From: Candidatus Binatia bacterium | GTDB lineage: Bacteria > Desulfobacterota > Binatia > HRBIN30 | Length of the DNA stretch: 64,000 nt | Assembly (NCBI GenBank): GCA_038245295.1 | Contig: JBBRSP010000002.1 | Coordinates: forward strand, 128,001 to 192,000 | Direction of reading: 5' to 3' | Shown here: positions 1 through 8,685 of the stretch, piece after piece | Numbering within the stretch: position 1 is the stretch's first letter | Layout: each line of letters starts with the position of its first letter | The notes under the pieces: generated by a model | Databases searched by the model: none | Told to the model about the DNA's origin: nothing | Seen by the model: only the letters and a program-made list of their open reading frames with translations | Translations under genes and position numbers: made by a program

Positions 1-4
1 CAGC

Positions 5-2347
5 ATGCTGCCGGCGGGATCACCCGGCTTCGACAACTTCAAGACGTTGATTGCCGACTTCGGGCAGCTCGATGAGCTCGTTGTGTTGATCGACGGCGAC
101 AGACCCGAGCAGGCGCAGGAGTTTGCCGATCTGTTCACGGCGCGCGTCGCCGCGCTGGGGTCGGTGAGCAGTGTGCAGGGCAAACTCGATCCGACGCGCC
201 TGTTTGACGAGCTCTTCGGGCGCCACAGCTTGAACTACCTTTCCACCGAGCAGATTCGTCAGCTCAACGAGCAACTCAGCACCGACCACATCGAGGAGAC
301 CATGCGCGGCAATCGCGCCGCCTTGCAGGCGCCGCTTGATCTGCAGGCGGGACAGTGGATTCGCCGCGACCCGCTCGGCATCGCGCGATTGGCGGCGCAA
401 GGGCTGTCGGATACCTTCGGCGAGCGCAAACTCGGGCCGACCAACGGATACCTCAGCAGCACCGATGGACGCGCCGTTCTCGTGCTCATCCGACCAACAG
501 GGAGTCCGTTCGACGCGCCATTCACCACCGAGTTTATCGCCGCTGTGCGCGCCGCCGAGGACGCAACCCACCGAGCGACCAACGACTGGAGCGCCGTGCG
601 CGTGCGCTACACCGGCAGTTACGCTTTCGCACACGAGGATGCCGCAACCATCCAGGCGGACATCACCCGCTACACCGTCCTCGCCTTGCTCGGTGTGCTG
701 GCGATCTTCTACGCCGGTTATCGCAACCTGCGAATCATCCCCTTCGTCACCTACCCGACATTGCTCGGCACACTGATCACCTTCGTGCTGTCCCTGGCGA
801 TCTACGACCAGCTCAATGCCGTCTCGATGACCTTCGCGGCAATCTTGTACGGTGTCTCCATCGACTCCGGCATCCAGTACTACACGCGTCTGGTGCAGGA
901 GCTCCGCAGCAAGGATCTGCCCCGCGCCGTCGCCGCCACGGTGCGTGGTTTGGGTGCGGCGAATATCATCGCTTCCACGACGACTGCGGCCGGGTTCGCG
1001 GTGATTGGCATGTCGCGTATCGTCGGCATCAGCCAGCTTGGTTACCTGACGGCGCTCGGTATGCTGATCGACATCGCCGAGTTCTTCCTGATCTATCCGG
1101 CGCTCAGCTTCATCATGTCGCCGCGGGCTCTCGCCGATCGGCAAATCGAGACGCCACGCCTCGGGGCTATTACGGCGGCCTCGGTACGGCTCGCCTGGCC
1201 GATCACGCTCGCCACCGCGGCGATCACGGTGGTGCTGGCTCTGGTGGCGAGCGGCACCGACTTCGATGTCGACCTGACGAGCTTGCGGCCCGGTGGGACA
1301 CAAGCCGCGGCGGTGCAGGAGGAGATCGCGACGCGGTTCATCGGCAAAGCCGACAGTGGTGCCATCCTGGTGCGCGGCGGCAGCGTCGACGCGGCGCTGG
1401 AGGCAAGCGAGAAGCTCAACACGATTCTCGAGAAGTATCGCCGCGACGGACTGCTCAGCGAAGTCCATTCGATTACACCGCTGTTGCCCTCGGCCCACAC
1501 ACAGCGCGAACGCTTGGCCGCCGCCACGGCGCTGCCGCGCGAACGTATCGTCGCCGACCTACGTGCCGCCAGCGAGCATCAGGGATTTCGTCGCGAAGCG
1601 TTCGAGGGCTTCGCCGAACAATTCCTGCATCCAGACACGTCGATCGTTTCCTACGATGATCCGGCTCTAGGTGCACTCGCCGGCTTGGTGCAGCATCATG
1701 TCCGCGTCCACGACTCGACCGTGCGGATCGCCACCTATATCGAACCCGTCGCCGGAACGCGGCTCAGCGCCATCGCCGAGCGGCTTGGGCACGACGCGGC
1801 GGGTATCGACATGATCGTTGCCGGACGCGGCATGATGGAGGAAGACCTATCGCACCTGTTGAAACGCGAGCTGACTTTATTCTGCTTGGCGGCGTTCTTG
1901 CTGAACCTGGTGCTGATCGTCTGGCGTTTTCCATCGCTGCGTGACGCGGCGGCGTTGCTCTATCCCGAGCTGCTGGTGATTCTGGCGTTCTTGGCCATCC
2001 TGCACCTCAGCGGCCTGCGCCTCGATCCAGTCAGCGTGATCGTCGTGCCGATCATCCTCGGCATCGGTGTGAACAACTGCGTCTACATCGCCGAGCGGGC
2101 ACGCCGCGGCATGGTACTCGGGGAGGCGGTGCGCCTCGGTGGCCGCGCGCTGGTGCTATGTTCGCTAACGGCGACGGCCGGCTTCGGCTTCCTCGGTATG
2201 TCGGACTACCCGGCGCTGTCGCGCATGGGGCTGCTGGCCGCGGCGAGCCTGCTCCTATGCCTGATCACCTCGCTCACGGTTCTGCCGGCGTTGTGGTCGG
2301 TGGGAAGAGCAGATGCGTCCTCGCCGGGCGCTGGGCGCCGCGGGTAG
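5..2347 (+). CDS. MMPL/RND-family exporter, 5'-truncated by window edge
   Basis: Two large soluble loops each followed by TM bundles with G(V/I)(S/G)(I/V)(D/N) motifs (YGVSIDSGIQY, GIGVNNCVY) and STTTAAGF/SLTATAGF motifs; frame is open at the window start. Confidence 0.85.
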   Translation: MLPAGSPGFDNFKTLIADFGQLDELVVLIDGDRPEQAQEFADLFTARVAALGSVSSVQGKLDPTRLFDELFGRHSLNYLSTEQIRQLNEQLSTDHIEETMRGNRAALQAPLDLQAGQWIRRDPLGIARLAAQGLSDTFGERKLGPTNGYLSSTDGRAVLVLIRPTGSPFDAPFTTEFIAAVRAAEDATHRATNDWSAVRVRYTGSYAFAHEDAATIQADITRYTVLALLGVLAIFYAGYRNLRIIPFVTYPTLLGTLITFVLSLAIYDQLNAVSMTFAAILYGVSIDSGIQYYTRLVQELRSKDLPRAVAATVRGLGAANIIASTTTAAGFAVIGMSRIVGISQLGYLTALGMLIDIAEFFLIYPALSFIMSPRALADRQIETPRLGAITAASVRLAWPITLATAAITVVLALVASGTDFDVDLTSLRPGGTQAAAVQEEIATRFIGKADSGAILVRGGSVDAALEASEKLNTILEKYRRDGLLSEVHSITPLLPSAHTQRERLAAATALPRERIVADLRAASEHQGFRREAFEGFAEQFLHPDTSIVSYDDPALGALAGLVQHHVRVHDSTVRIATYIEPVAGTRLSAIAERLGHDAAGIDMIVAGRGMMEEDLSHLLKRELTLFCLAAFLLNLVLIVWRFPSLRDAAALLYPELLVILAFLAILHLSGLRLDPVSVIVVPIILGIGVNNCVYIAERARRGMVLGEAVRLGGRALVLCSLTATAGFGFLGMSDYPALSRMGLLAAASLLLCLITSLTVLPALWSVGRADASSPGAGRRG

Positions 2348-2458
2348 GGCGTGGGCGCGGGATCGAGTGCACGCTGAAGTTTGCGCCTACCGAGTTCAAA
2401 GGCGCACAGCCAGGTGCAGATCAACGCGCCAGGCGGGCGCTGATCCAAAATTGAGACA

Positions 2459-3553
2459 CTACCGGGCGCTCACATCGGGCAGTGCCGATAGTGCCGTCGT
2501 GCGGCCGAGTTGGTACCAATACGCCGTACTCGAGTAGTCGTTAGCCAGGGCGTTGTTGTGGCCGGTTTCGATGCTGACGCGGATCGACTTCTCGAAACGA
2601 ATCGGGTCTTCGATGTGGAAGCGGTACATCGAGTTCTTGCCGCCCCAGGGCCACTCTTCGGTGCCGCTGTAGAGCGTGATGCCGTGGTAGGGGGCGCTGT
2701 ATTCCTGTGTCGGGCAGAAGGCGGTGTTGAAGTAATCTTCGGTGCCGGTGCCTTGCAGGCGCGGCGGCCACGGCTCGCCGTCGATGAAGATCATGTCGTC
2801 GCCTTCGCCGTACCAGTCATTCACCTGGCGATCAAAGACGTTGATGTTGAGGTTGCAGCCGACATAGTGGCCGTTGCCCTGGACATCCAGAATGACGTAG
2901 TTGCGTTCGCCGGTGAGATTGGGCTGCCGCCACGGGCCCCGCAGGGCGAGGCCGGGACCAGACGGTCGCTCGTCCGTATAGCCGTAGTCGCGGCGTGTGT
3001 ACCCTTGCTCGCGCGCCGTGCCGGCGGTTGGGTTGACGCGGTTCCACCAGGCATGGAAACGCGCCTGGTCGGGGTCACACGCTTCATGTTCTTCGTAGTC
3101 GATGTAGAAATAGAAGATGCGGCGCTGGCTACCCTGATTCTCGACCTCGACGCGCGCCCCTTGCGCGAACGGCATCGGGAACCAACAGTTGAAGCTCTTG
3201 CCGTCCTGCGGGCTCATTTGCAGCGGCAGGGAAACGAAATTGCGGCGCAGGCCGAAGCCGAGTCCGAAGAAATCGCCGAGCGGCACTTCGACGCTTGGCG
3301 TCGGTTCGCCATCCCAGAACATGCGCAGGACAGTCTGTCGCAGCTCCTGAGCTTCCTCCGGCCACGACATCATGGTCATCCAAATGTGTCGCACACAGCC
3401 CGCGCCGGCGATCTCGCCGATGATCTTGCACTCACCGGGCTCGATCAGAACGGCGTCGAAGTTGCCGCCGCTCCGATCCCATGAAGAAAGCCGCTGACTC
3501 TTGTACCGGCGCAGGCGCGCCAGATTGGCCAACGAGCCGCTGCCTAGATCCAT
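2459..3553 (-). CDS. DUF2961 / GH172-like glycoside hydrolase
   Basis: SSWDRSGGNFD, LRMFWDGEPTPSVEVPLGDFFG, WYGEGDDMIFIDG, GTGTEDYFN, YSSTAYWYQ motifs. Confidence 0.85.
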   Translation of the reverse strand: MDLGSGSLANLARLRRYKSQRLSSWDRSGGNFDAVLIEPGECKIIGEIAGAGCVRHIWMTMMSWPEEAQELRQTVLRMFWDGEPTPSVEVPLGDFFGLGFGLRRNFVSLPLQMSPQDGKSFNCWFPMPFAQGARVEVENQGSQRRIFYFYIDYEEHEACDPDQARFHAWWNRVNPTAGTAREQGYTRRDYGYTDERPSGPGLALRGPWRQPNLTGERNYVILDVQGNGHYVGCNLNINVFDRQVNDWYGEGDDMIFIDGEPWPPRLQGTGTEDYFNTAFCPTQEYSAPYHGITLYSGTEEWPWGGKNSMYRFHIEDPIRFEKSIRVSIETGHNNALANDYSSTAYWYQLGRTTALSALPDVSAR

Positions 3554-3555
3554 CG

Positions 3556-4587
3556 TTACTCCTGAGCTGGAGGAGGAGTCTCGCCACCACCTTCGCCGCC
3601 TGCACCCCCTTCGCTGCCTGCACCCCCTTCGCTGCCTGCACCACCGCCGCCGCCGCCGCGCCGCCCACGGCCGCGCTCGCGACCGCGACCGGCGCTGATT
3701 CCCTTCGGCAGGATCACCAGCTTGCGATAGAAACCCTCGCCGGAGCTCTTGGTGGTCAACTCGGCGTCGCCCTGCAGCGCCAAATGGACAATGCGGCGAT
3801 CGCGCGGGCTCATGGGATTCAACGTCACGGGACGTTTGCGTTGCTTGGCTTGTTCGGCCATGCGCGTCGCCATCTGTTCCAGCGACTCGCGCCGCCGCGC
3901 CCGGTAGTTCTCCGAATCGACGACCAGGCGAACCGCATCGGTCTGATCTTTCAGAACGATTCGATTGAGGACGTACTCGAGGGCGTCGAGCATCTGCCCG
4001 CGGCGTCCGATCATCAGGCCGCTGCCGTCGCTGACGATATCGAGCACGGCCGAGTCTTCTTCCTGGCGCACGTTCACCGTCGCCTCGGCACCGATCTGCC
4101 CGATGATCTCCTGCAGAATCCCGCGCGCTTTCTCGACCAATGCCGCGTCGATGGGTGCTTCGGACTCAGCACGCGGGGCGGCCGGTGGACGCGGCGTAGC
4201 CGGCCGTGGTGGTGCAGGTGGCCGCGGCGCCGATGGTGCCCTCGGAGGTGTTGGGCCGCGTGATCCGCCAGGGGGGCGGGCAGCCGACGAGACAGGAGCG
4301 CGCCGCCTCTCCGGTCGACCGAGAAGCGGCTGTTCTTCGTATGGATAATCCGGGGCGCTGACCACCGTCTGATCGGTCGCCGGTGCCGGCGGTGCACCCT
4401 CGGGACGCATCGTCGCGCGAACTCGGGCACGGCGCGAGCCGAATCCGAGGAGTCGGCGTGAACCGCCGCCGAGAACTTCGACATCTACTCGGTCGCGTTC
4501 GACGCCGAGCATCAAGAGAGCGCTCTCCGTCGCTGATTCGACGGTTTCGCCTTCCGCTTCTACTGACTCCAGTGGTGTGTTTCCCAT
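3556..4587 (-). CDS. khpB: RNA-binding protein Jag/KhpB (Jag_N, KH, R3H)
   Basis: Jag_N start, IGRRGQMLDAL KH loop, PMSPRDRRIVH R3H motif; directly downstream of yidC. Confidence 0.93.
   Translation of the reverse strand: MGNTPLESVEAEGETVESATESALLMLGVERDRVDVEVLGGGSRRLLGFGSRRARVRATMRPEGAPPAPATDQTVVSAPDYPYEEQPLLGRPERRRAPVSSAARPPGGSRGPTPPRAPSAPRPPAPPRPATPRPPAAPRAESEAPIDAALVEKARGILQEIIGQIGAEATVNVRQEEDSAVLDIVSDGSGLMIGRRGQMLDALEYVLNRIVLKDQTDAVRLVVDSENYRARRRESLEQMATRMAEQAKQRKRPVTLNPMSPRDRRIVHLALQGDAELTTKSSGEGFYRKLVILPKGISAGRGRERGRGRRGGGGGGAGSEGGAGSEGGAGGEGGGETPPPAQE
3590..3643. repeat. 3 x 18-bp tandem repeat encoding GGAGSE-type units in the Jag tail
   Basis: ccttcgccgcctgcaccc / ccttcgctgcctgcaccc / ccttcgctgcctgcacca. 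Confidence 0.9.
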
Positions 4588-4593
4588 GGTCCC

Positions 4594-6243
4594 CTACGTT
4601 TTGTTGCGATTCATGAGGTACTGCTGGACGATCGTCAACACGTTGTTGACGAGCCAGTAGAGTGACAGACCGGCCGGAAAGTTGACGAACATGAAGGTCA
4701 TCATGAGCGGCATGACCATCATCATTTGCCGCTGTGTCGGGTCGCCCATACTCGGGGTCATCCACTGCTGCAGGAACATACTGGCGCCCATCAGCAGGGT
4801 GAGAACCGGAATGCCGGGATGCTGCACGAACGGAATCTGCAAGGCGCCCAGACGATCCGGCGCGGCAAGGTCGTGGATCCAGAAAAAGAACGGCGCGTGG
4901 CGTAACTCGATGGCACTATTGAGCGCGGTGTAGAGTCCGATGAACACGGGAATCTGCAGCAGCATCGGTAGGCAGCCGCCGAGCGGATTCACCTTGTGCT
5001 TGCGGTACAGCTCCATGATCTCTTTGTTCATCTGCTCGCTGTTGTCTTTGAAGCGTTCGCGGATCTGCGTCATCTGCGGCTGCAGCTTCTGCATCTCCTT
5101 CATCGACTTCATGCTGGTGCGCGTGAGCGGGATGAACAGCACCTTGATGATGACGGTCATCAGGATAATGTCGAGACCGTAGTTGCCCGTGAAGGTGTGG
5201 AACACGCGCAGCACGTGCAACATCGGTAGGGCGATGAACCAAAAGATGCCGAGATCGACGGCACGATCGAAGTCGTGCCCGGCTGCCGTCAGCGCATCGA
5301 CATCCTTCGGTCCGGTGTAGAGGTCGAGCCCAACTTCCACGCTGCCTTGCGACATCGTGAGGAGGAGTTTCTCTTCGATCGTCTGGCCGCGCAGCTTGAG
5401 CCACAGACGCGGGTTGCGCGGTTCGCTCGGCGCCATGCCGACGAAGAAGTGGCTCCCGGAATGTCCAACCCAGCGCACGTCGACATCCTGGATCACTTTG
5501 CCGTCGCCGAGCGACGCGTAGGCATCGTTCTTCAGCTTGTGGGCTTCGAGATGGGCAACTTGATCGAAGGTGTGCGTCGGGCTGGCCGGTCCGGGAGGTG
5601 GCGTGCCTTCGCTCCAGGTCAGCGCCACTTCGTTGTAGGCGGCAGGCGCATTACTGACCGTGACGACGGCTTTGGAGCCGTAGGTATCACCTTTGAAGCT
5701 GAAGCGTTTACGCAGGCTAACGCCGTCGAGTGTTCCGGAGAGCTCGACAACACCTTCCTCACCGCCGGTGAGCTTCAACTCCGACACGTCGCTACTGTAC
5801 GACACGGCCGCATCGGAAAGCACCGCCGTACCTTGCGGACCACGCAGCTCGACACCAATCGGCACTTCGCCGCCCTGGCCGGGCAGGATCAGTTCCTGGG
5901 GCGGGCTGTCCGATTCCACCGTCGCCCGATAGTGCTTGAGTCGAATACTGGTGAGACGGCCGCCGATCGTGCTGAGTGTGGCGAAGTAACGCTCGGTCTC
6001 AACCTTGATCAGCTTCTCGGGCATGGCCGGCTGACCCGCGGCAAGCGCCGGTGCCGGACGGTCGTCGGGCACGGCCGCAGCCGGGTGCGGGGCATCCATT
6101 GACGGTGGCGCTGGTGCCGTCGAGGGCGGAGCGTCTTCGACGATCGCCGGACGAGTTTGGGGGAAGAAGCGCTGCAGCACTTCCTGGTAGACCATCAGAA
6201 TTGCGATCGAGATGCCGACCGCGAGCAGGACGCGTCGTTCCAT
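4594..6243 (-). CDS. yidC: Membrane protein insertase YidC
   Basis: GNYGLDII, KSMKEMQKLQP, NPLGGCLPMLLQIPVF, PAGLSLYW motifs; conserved gene order. Confidence 0.97.
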   Translation of the reverse strand: MERRVLLAVGISIAILMVYQEVLQRFFPQTRPAIVEDAPPSTAPAPPSMDAPHPAAAVPDDRPAPALAAGQPAMPEKLIKVETERYFATLSTIGGRLTSIRLKHYRATVESDSPPQELILPGQGGEVPIGVELRGPQGTAVLSDAAVSYSSDVSELKLTGGEEGVVELSGTLDGVSLRKRFSFKGDTYGSKAVVTVSNAPAAYNEVALTWSEGTPPPGPASPTHTFDQVAHLEAHKLKNDAYASLGDGKVIQDVDVRWVGHSGSHFFVGMAPSEPRNPRLWLKLRGQTIEEKLLLTMSQGSVEVGLDLYTGPKDVDALTAAGHDFDRAVDLGIFWFIALPMLHVLRVFHTFTGNYGLDIILMTVIIKVLFIPLTRTSMKSMKEMQKLQPQMTQIRERFKDNSEQMNKEIMELYRKHKVNPLGGCLPMLLQIPVFIGLYTALNSAIELRHAPFFFWIHDLAAPDRLGALQIPFVQHPGIPVLTLLMGASMFLQQWMTPSMGDPTQRQMMMVMPLMMTFMFVNFPAGLSLYWLVNNVLTIVQQYLMNRNKT

Positions 6244-6252
6244 AGAGATTGC

Positions 6253-6465
6253 TCAGTGCACCGGGTCCCATCCGCCCGGATGAAACGGATGACAACGCGC
6301 CAATCGCCGCAAGGCCATCCAGGCGCCGCGTCGCACGCCGTGACGGTGAACCGCCTGGCGCGCATACTCGGAGCACGTCGGATGAAAGCGACAGGCGGGG
6401 CCGATCAACGGAGATAGGGTGACTCGATAGACGGCAACGAGCAGGTCAACGGCGCGAACCGTCAT
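6253..6465 (-). CDS. yidD: Membrane protein insertion efficiency factor YidD
   Basis: [18 protein letters not shown]...[13 protein letters not shown]; start taken at ATG 6465, exact start uncertain. Confidence 0.9.
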   Translation of the reverse strand: MTVRAVDLLVAVYRVTLSPLIGPACRFHPTCSEYARQAVHRHGVRRGAWMALRRLARCHPFHPGGWDPVH

Positions 6466-6518
6466 CGTCGGGCCATCCAGCGTGCCCAGCGGCTTTGATG
6501 AAAAGTTAGAAAACCCGG

Positions 6519-6594
6519 CTTCGACGGGCTCAGCCTGAGCGGTCCTTGGTCCTCGATCGCGAGCATCAGCCCGCTCGCCCTGAGCCCGTCGAAG
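6519..6594. repeat. REP-like inverted repeat (CTTCGAC.AGCTCAG family) between rnpA and yidD
   Basis: Arms 6519-6542 and 6571-6594 are 21/24 reverse-complementary; a related element lies at 40473-40549. Confidence 0.8.
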
Positions 6595-6610
6595 GATGAG
6601 CTTGTGCACG

Positions 6611-7156
6611 TCAGGCGTCGACATGGAGCCCCAGCAAGAAACTCAGATCACGGTGCACTTCGGCGCGACCGATTTCGGCTGCCGCCGAGCGCGCAATGAC
6701 GACGATGTCACGTGGCTCGAGGAGGTGTTGGTGATGACGAAAAAACTCGCGCACCATCCGTTTGATCCGGTTGCGCACGACGGCGTTGCCGACCTTTCGG
6801 CTAGCGGTGATGCCCAGACGTGGCTCTGTTGCACGGGTCATGGCCGTAAGCACCACAAAGGTCGGTCGCGCTCGCCGTTGGCCAACCCGCTCGGTACGCA
6901 GGAACTCGGCCCGCTTGCGCAGGCGACGTGAGTTCGGAAAGCGGCGGTCGACTAACCGCGGCGTTGGCTCGGTTGCTTCGGCGGGATCGAGACCGTAAGG
7001 CGCTTGCGCCCCTTGTCGCGTCGGCGCTTCAGTACGGCGCGGCCGCCGGGAGTTGCCATACGGGCGCGAAAGCCGTGAGTGCGTTTGCGACGCCGGTTGC
7101 TCGGTTGAAATGTTCGTTTCATCACTGCCTCTCGGAGGTTTGGCCGTGCCAGCCAT
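6611..7156 (-). CDS. rnpA: Ribonuclease P protein component; conserved domain ~6611-6950, only canonical in-frame start upstream of the domain is ATG 7156 (overlaps all of rpmH)
   Basis: [37 protein letters not shown] (RNR motif), DIVVIAR; start uncertain. Confidence 0.9.
   Translation of the reverse strand: MAGTAKPPRGSDETNISTEQPASQTHSRLSRPYGNSRRPRRTEAPTRQGAQAPYGLDPAEATEPTPRLVDRRFPNSRRLRKRAEFLRTERVGQRRARPTFVVLTAMTRATEPRLGITASRKVGNAVVRNRIKRMVREFFRHHQHLLEPRDIVVIARSAAAEIGRAEVHRDLSFLLGLHVDA
6952..7122 (-). CDS. rpmH: 50S ribosomal protein L34 (56 aa; not in ORF track)
   Basis: Hand translation: [64 protein letters not shown]-like sequence upstream. Confidence 0.97.
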   Translation of the reverse strand: MKRTFQPSNRRRKRTHGFRARMATPGGRAVLKRRRDKGRKRLTVSIPPKQPSQRRG

Positions 7157-7198
7157 TTCTCACCACGGCCGACGATCTATTCGTTTCGGCGGCACGCA

Positions 7199-7226
7199 GG
7201 ACTAACAAACAAAACCCTGCCGTCAA
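7199..7226 (-). promoter_or_regulatory. Putative sigma70 promoter of the rpmH/rnpA operon
   Basis: TTGACG-N16-TAGTCC on the minus strand. Confidence 0.4.
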
Positions 7227-7315
7227 GTCGTTTGACCCCAAAAGCAGGTTCGCATGCCCTTGCCCTGAGCACCGTCGCAACGTCGAGATTTTCAGACGAA
7301 CGGGTCGCCCGCTGC

Positions 7316-7546
7316 CTAAGCAGCGGCAGCGACGGCGTCCGTCTTCTTCGCGTATTCCTTGGCGTAGTGCTCGACGCACAAGCTGCGACGTGAGCGTGGC
7401 TTGTGGCAGTTCTCGGCGGTGCAGATCGTGTAGCGCGGCTTGCCAAGCTTGCCTTTGCGCCACTGGCGATAGTGCCGGTCGCAGTAGCCCTTGGCGCGGA
7501 CGTCCTTCTCGCAGGCCTCAGCCTTGCACGTTCCTTTGTTCGACAT
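7316..7546 (-). CDS. Small basic protein with two C-x4-C-x9-C-x2-H motifs (resembles myxobacterial vegetative protein VegA-type zinc fingers)
   Basis: CKAEAC-x9-CDRH and CTAENC-x9-CVEH; GGAGG SD overlapping the gpsA end. Confidence 0.75.
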   Translation of the reverse strand: MSNKGTCKAEACEKDVRAKGYCDRHYRQWRKGKLGKPRYTICTAENCHKPRSRRSLCVEHYAKEYAKKTDAVAAAA

Positions 7547-7550
7547 GTTC

Positions 7551-8549
7551 CTACCTCCAAAATTCCGGCTTGGCCTGGCGGCGCATCAAATCGCCGACCA
7601 CCTGCGAAGCGGGCTTGCCCTCGTGAAGCAGAAGGCGGACCTGTTCTGCAATGGGCATCTCAACTCCGGCCTGTCTTGCCAGGCCTGAGACACTGATGCT
7701 GTTGCGCACCCCTTCGGCCACTTGACGGGTGCTGGCCATGATATCGTCGAGCGTTTCTCCGCGTCCTAGTCGTAGCCCGACCGTGCGGTTGCGGCTCAAA
7801 TCACCGGTGCAGGTAAGCACCAGATCACCGACACCGGAGAGGCCGGAGACGGTCATTTCGGCGCCGCCCATCTTGGCGACCAGCCGGCCGATCTCTGCAA
7901 CGCCGCGGGTAATCAGCGCCGCGCGGCTGCTGTGGCCGAGCCCAAGCCCATCACTGACGCCGGCGGCAATCGCGATGACGTTCTTCACCGCGCCACCGAG
8001 CTCGACACCGACGCAATCATTGCCGGTGTAAACGCGGAAGGTGGGCGCTTGGAACGCCGCCTGCGCCGCCTGGGCGGCAGCCTCCGAGCATGACGCGGCG
8101 ACCACGGCGGTCGGCATCCCGGCGGCAACTTCTTTGGCAAAGCTCGGACCGGACAGCGCCACGACGCGCCCCGGATCGCCGAACACTTCGGCGAGAACCT
8201 CGGTCATGCGCTTGAGCGAGCCTTCTTCGACACCCTTCGAGGCCGAGACAACCACCGGGGAGCCGCTGGCGAAGGGCCGCGCCGCGAGCATGACCTCGCG
8301 CATGACGTGTGACGGACTGGCCGCCAACAACATCTCGGCCCCGTGCACCGCCTCTTCCATCACGTTGGTGGCGCGTAGGCTCTCCGGCAACTCGAGCCCA
8401 GGCAAGTAGGTGGAATTTTGTCGCGTCTCATTCAGCGTGCGGCACAACTCGGCGTTGCGCAGCCACATGGTGACCGCATGGCCATTGTCGGCCAACAGCT
8501 TCGCCAGAGAGGTGCCGAAGCTGCCGCCGCCGATCACACCAATTCGCAT
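7551..8549 (-). CDS. gpsA: NAD(P)H-dependent glycerol-3-phosphate dehydrogenase
   Basis: GGGSFGT Rossmann motif, LSGPSFAKEV, GGAVKNVIAIAAG, GDLVLTC...SRNR. Confidence 0.96.
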   Translation of the reverse strand: MRIGVIGGGSFGTSLAKLLADNGHAVTMWLRNAELCRTLNETRQNSTYLPGLELPESLRATNVMEEAVHGAEMLLAASPSHVMREVMLAARPFASGSPVVVSASKGVEEGSLKRMTEVLAEVFGDPGRVVALSGPSFAKEVAAGMPTAVVAASCSEAAAQAAQAAFQAPTFRVYTGNDCVGVELGGAVKNVIAIAAGVSDGLGLGHSSRAALITRGVAEIGRLVAKMGGAEMTVSGLSGVGDLVLTCTGDLSRNRTVGLRLGRGETLDDIMASTRQVAEGVRNSISVSGLARQAGVEMPIAEQVRLLLHEGKPASQVVGDLMRRQAKPEFWR

Positions 8550-8685
8550 GGCCGCGACTTGGCACAACGGGGGACGGGGTTCAACACAAGGTCGGCGGTT
8601 GCGCGGTTGGGCGGCAGGTAAATGGGTCCCACCCTTTACGGCGTTGCGGAGCCGGAGGCCAACAGATCAAAGGCGGGACGTGTAA

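Noticed and set aside
20..1659. Long alternative-frame and antisense ORFs here and throughout the track
   Set aside because: Typical shadow ORFs of high-GC coding DNA, Arg/Ala-rich and without motifs
6466..6624. N-terminal extension of YidD in the ORF track
   Set aside because: It is the translation of an intergenic REP element; the same applies to the ORF-track extensions of dnaB and the second ACAD
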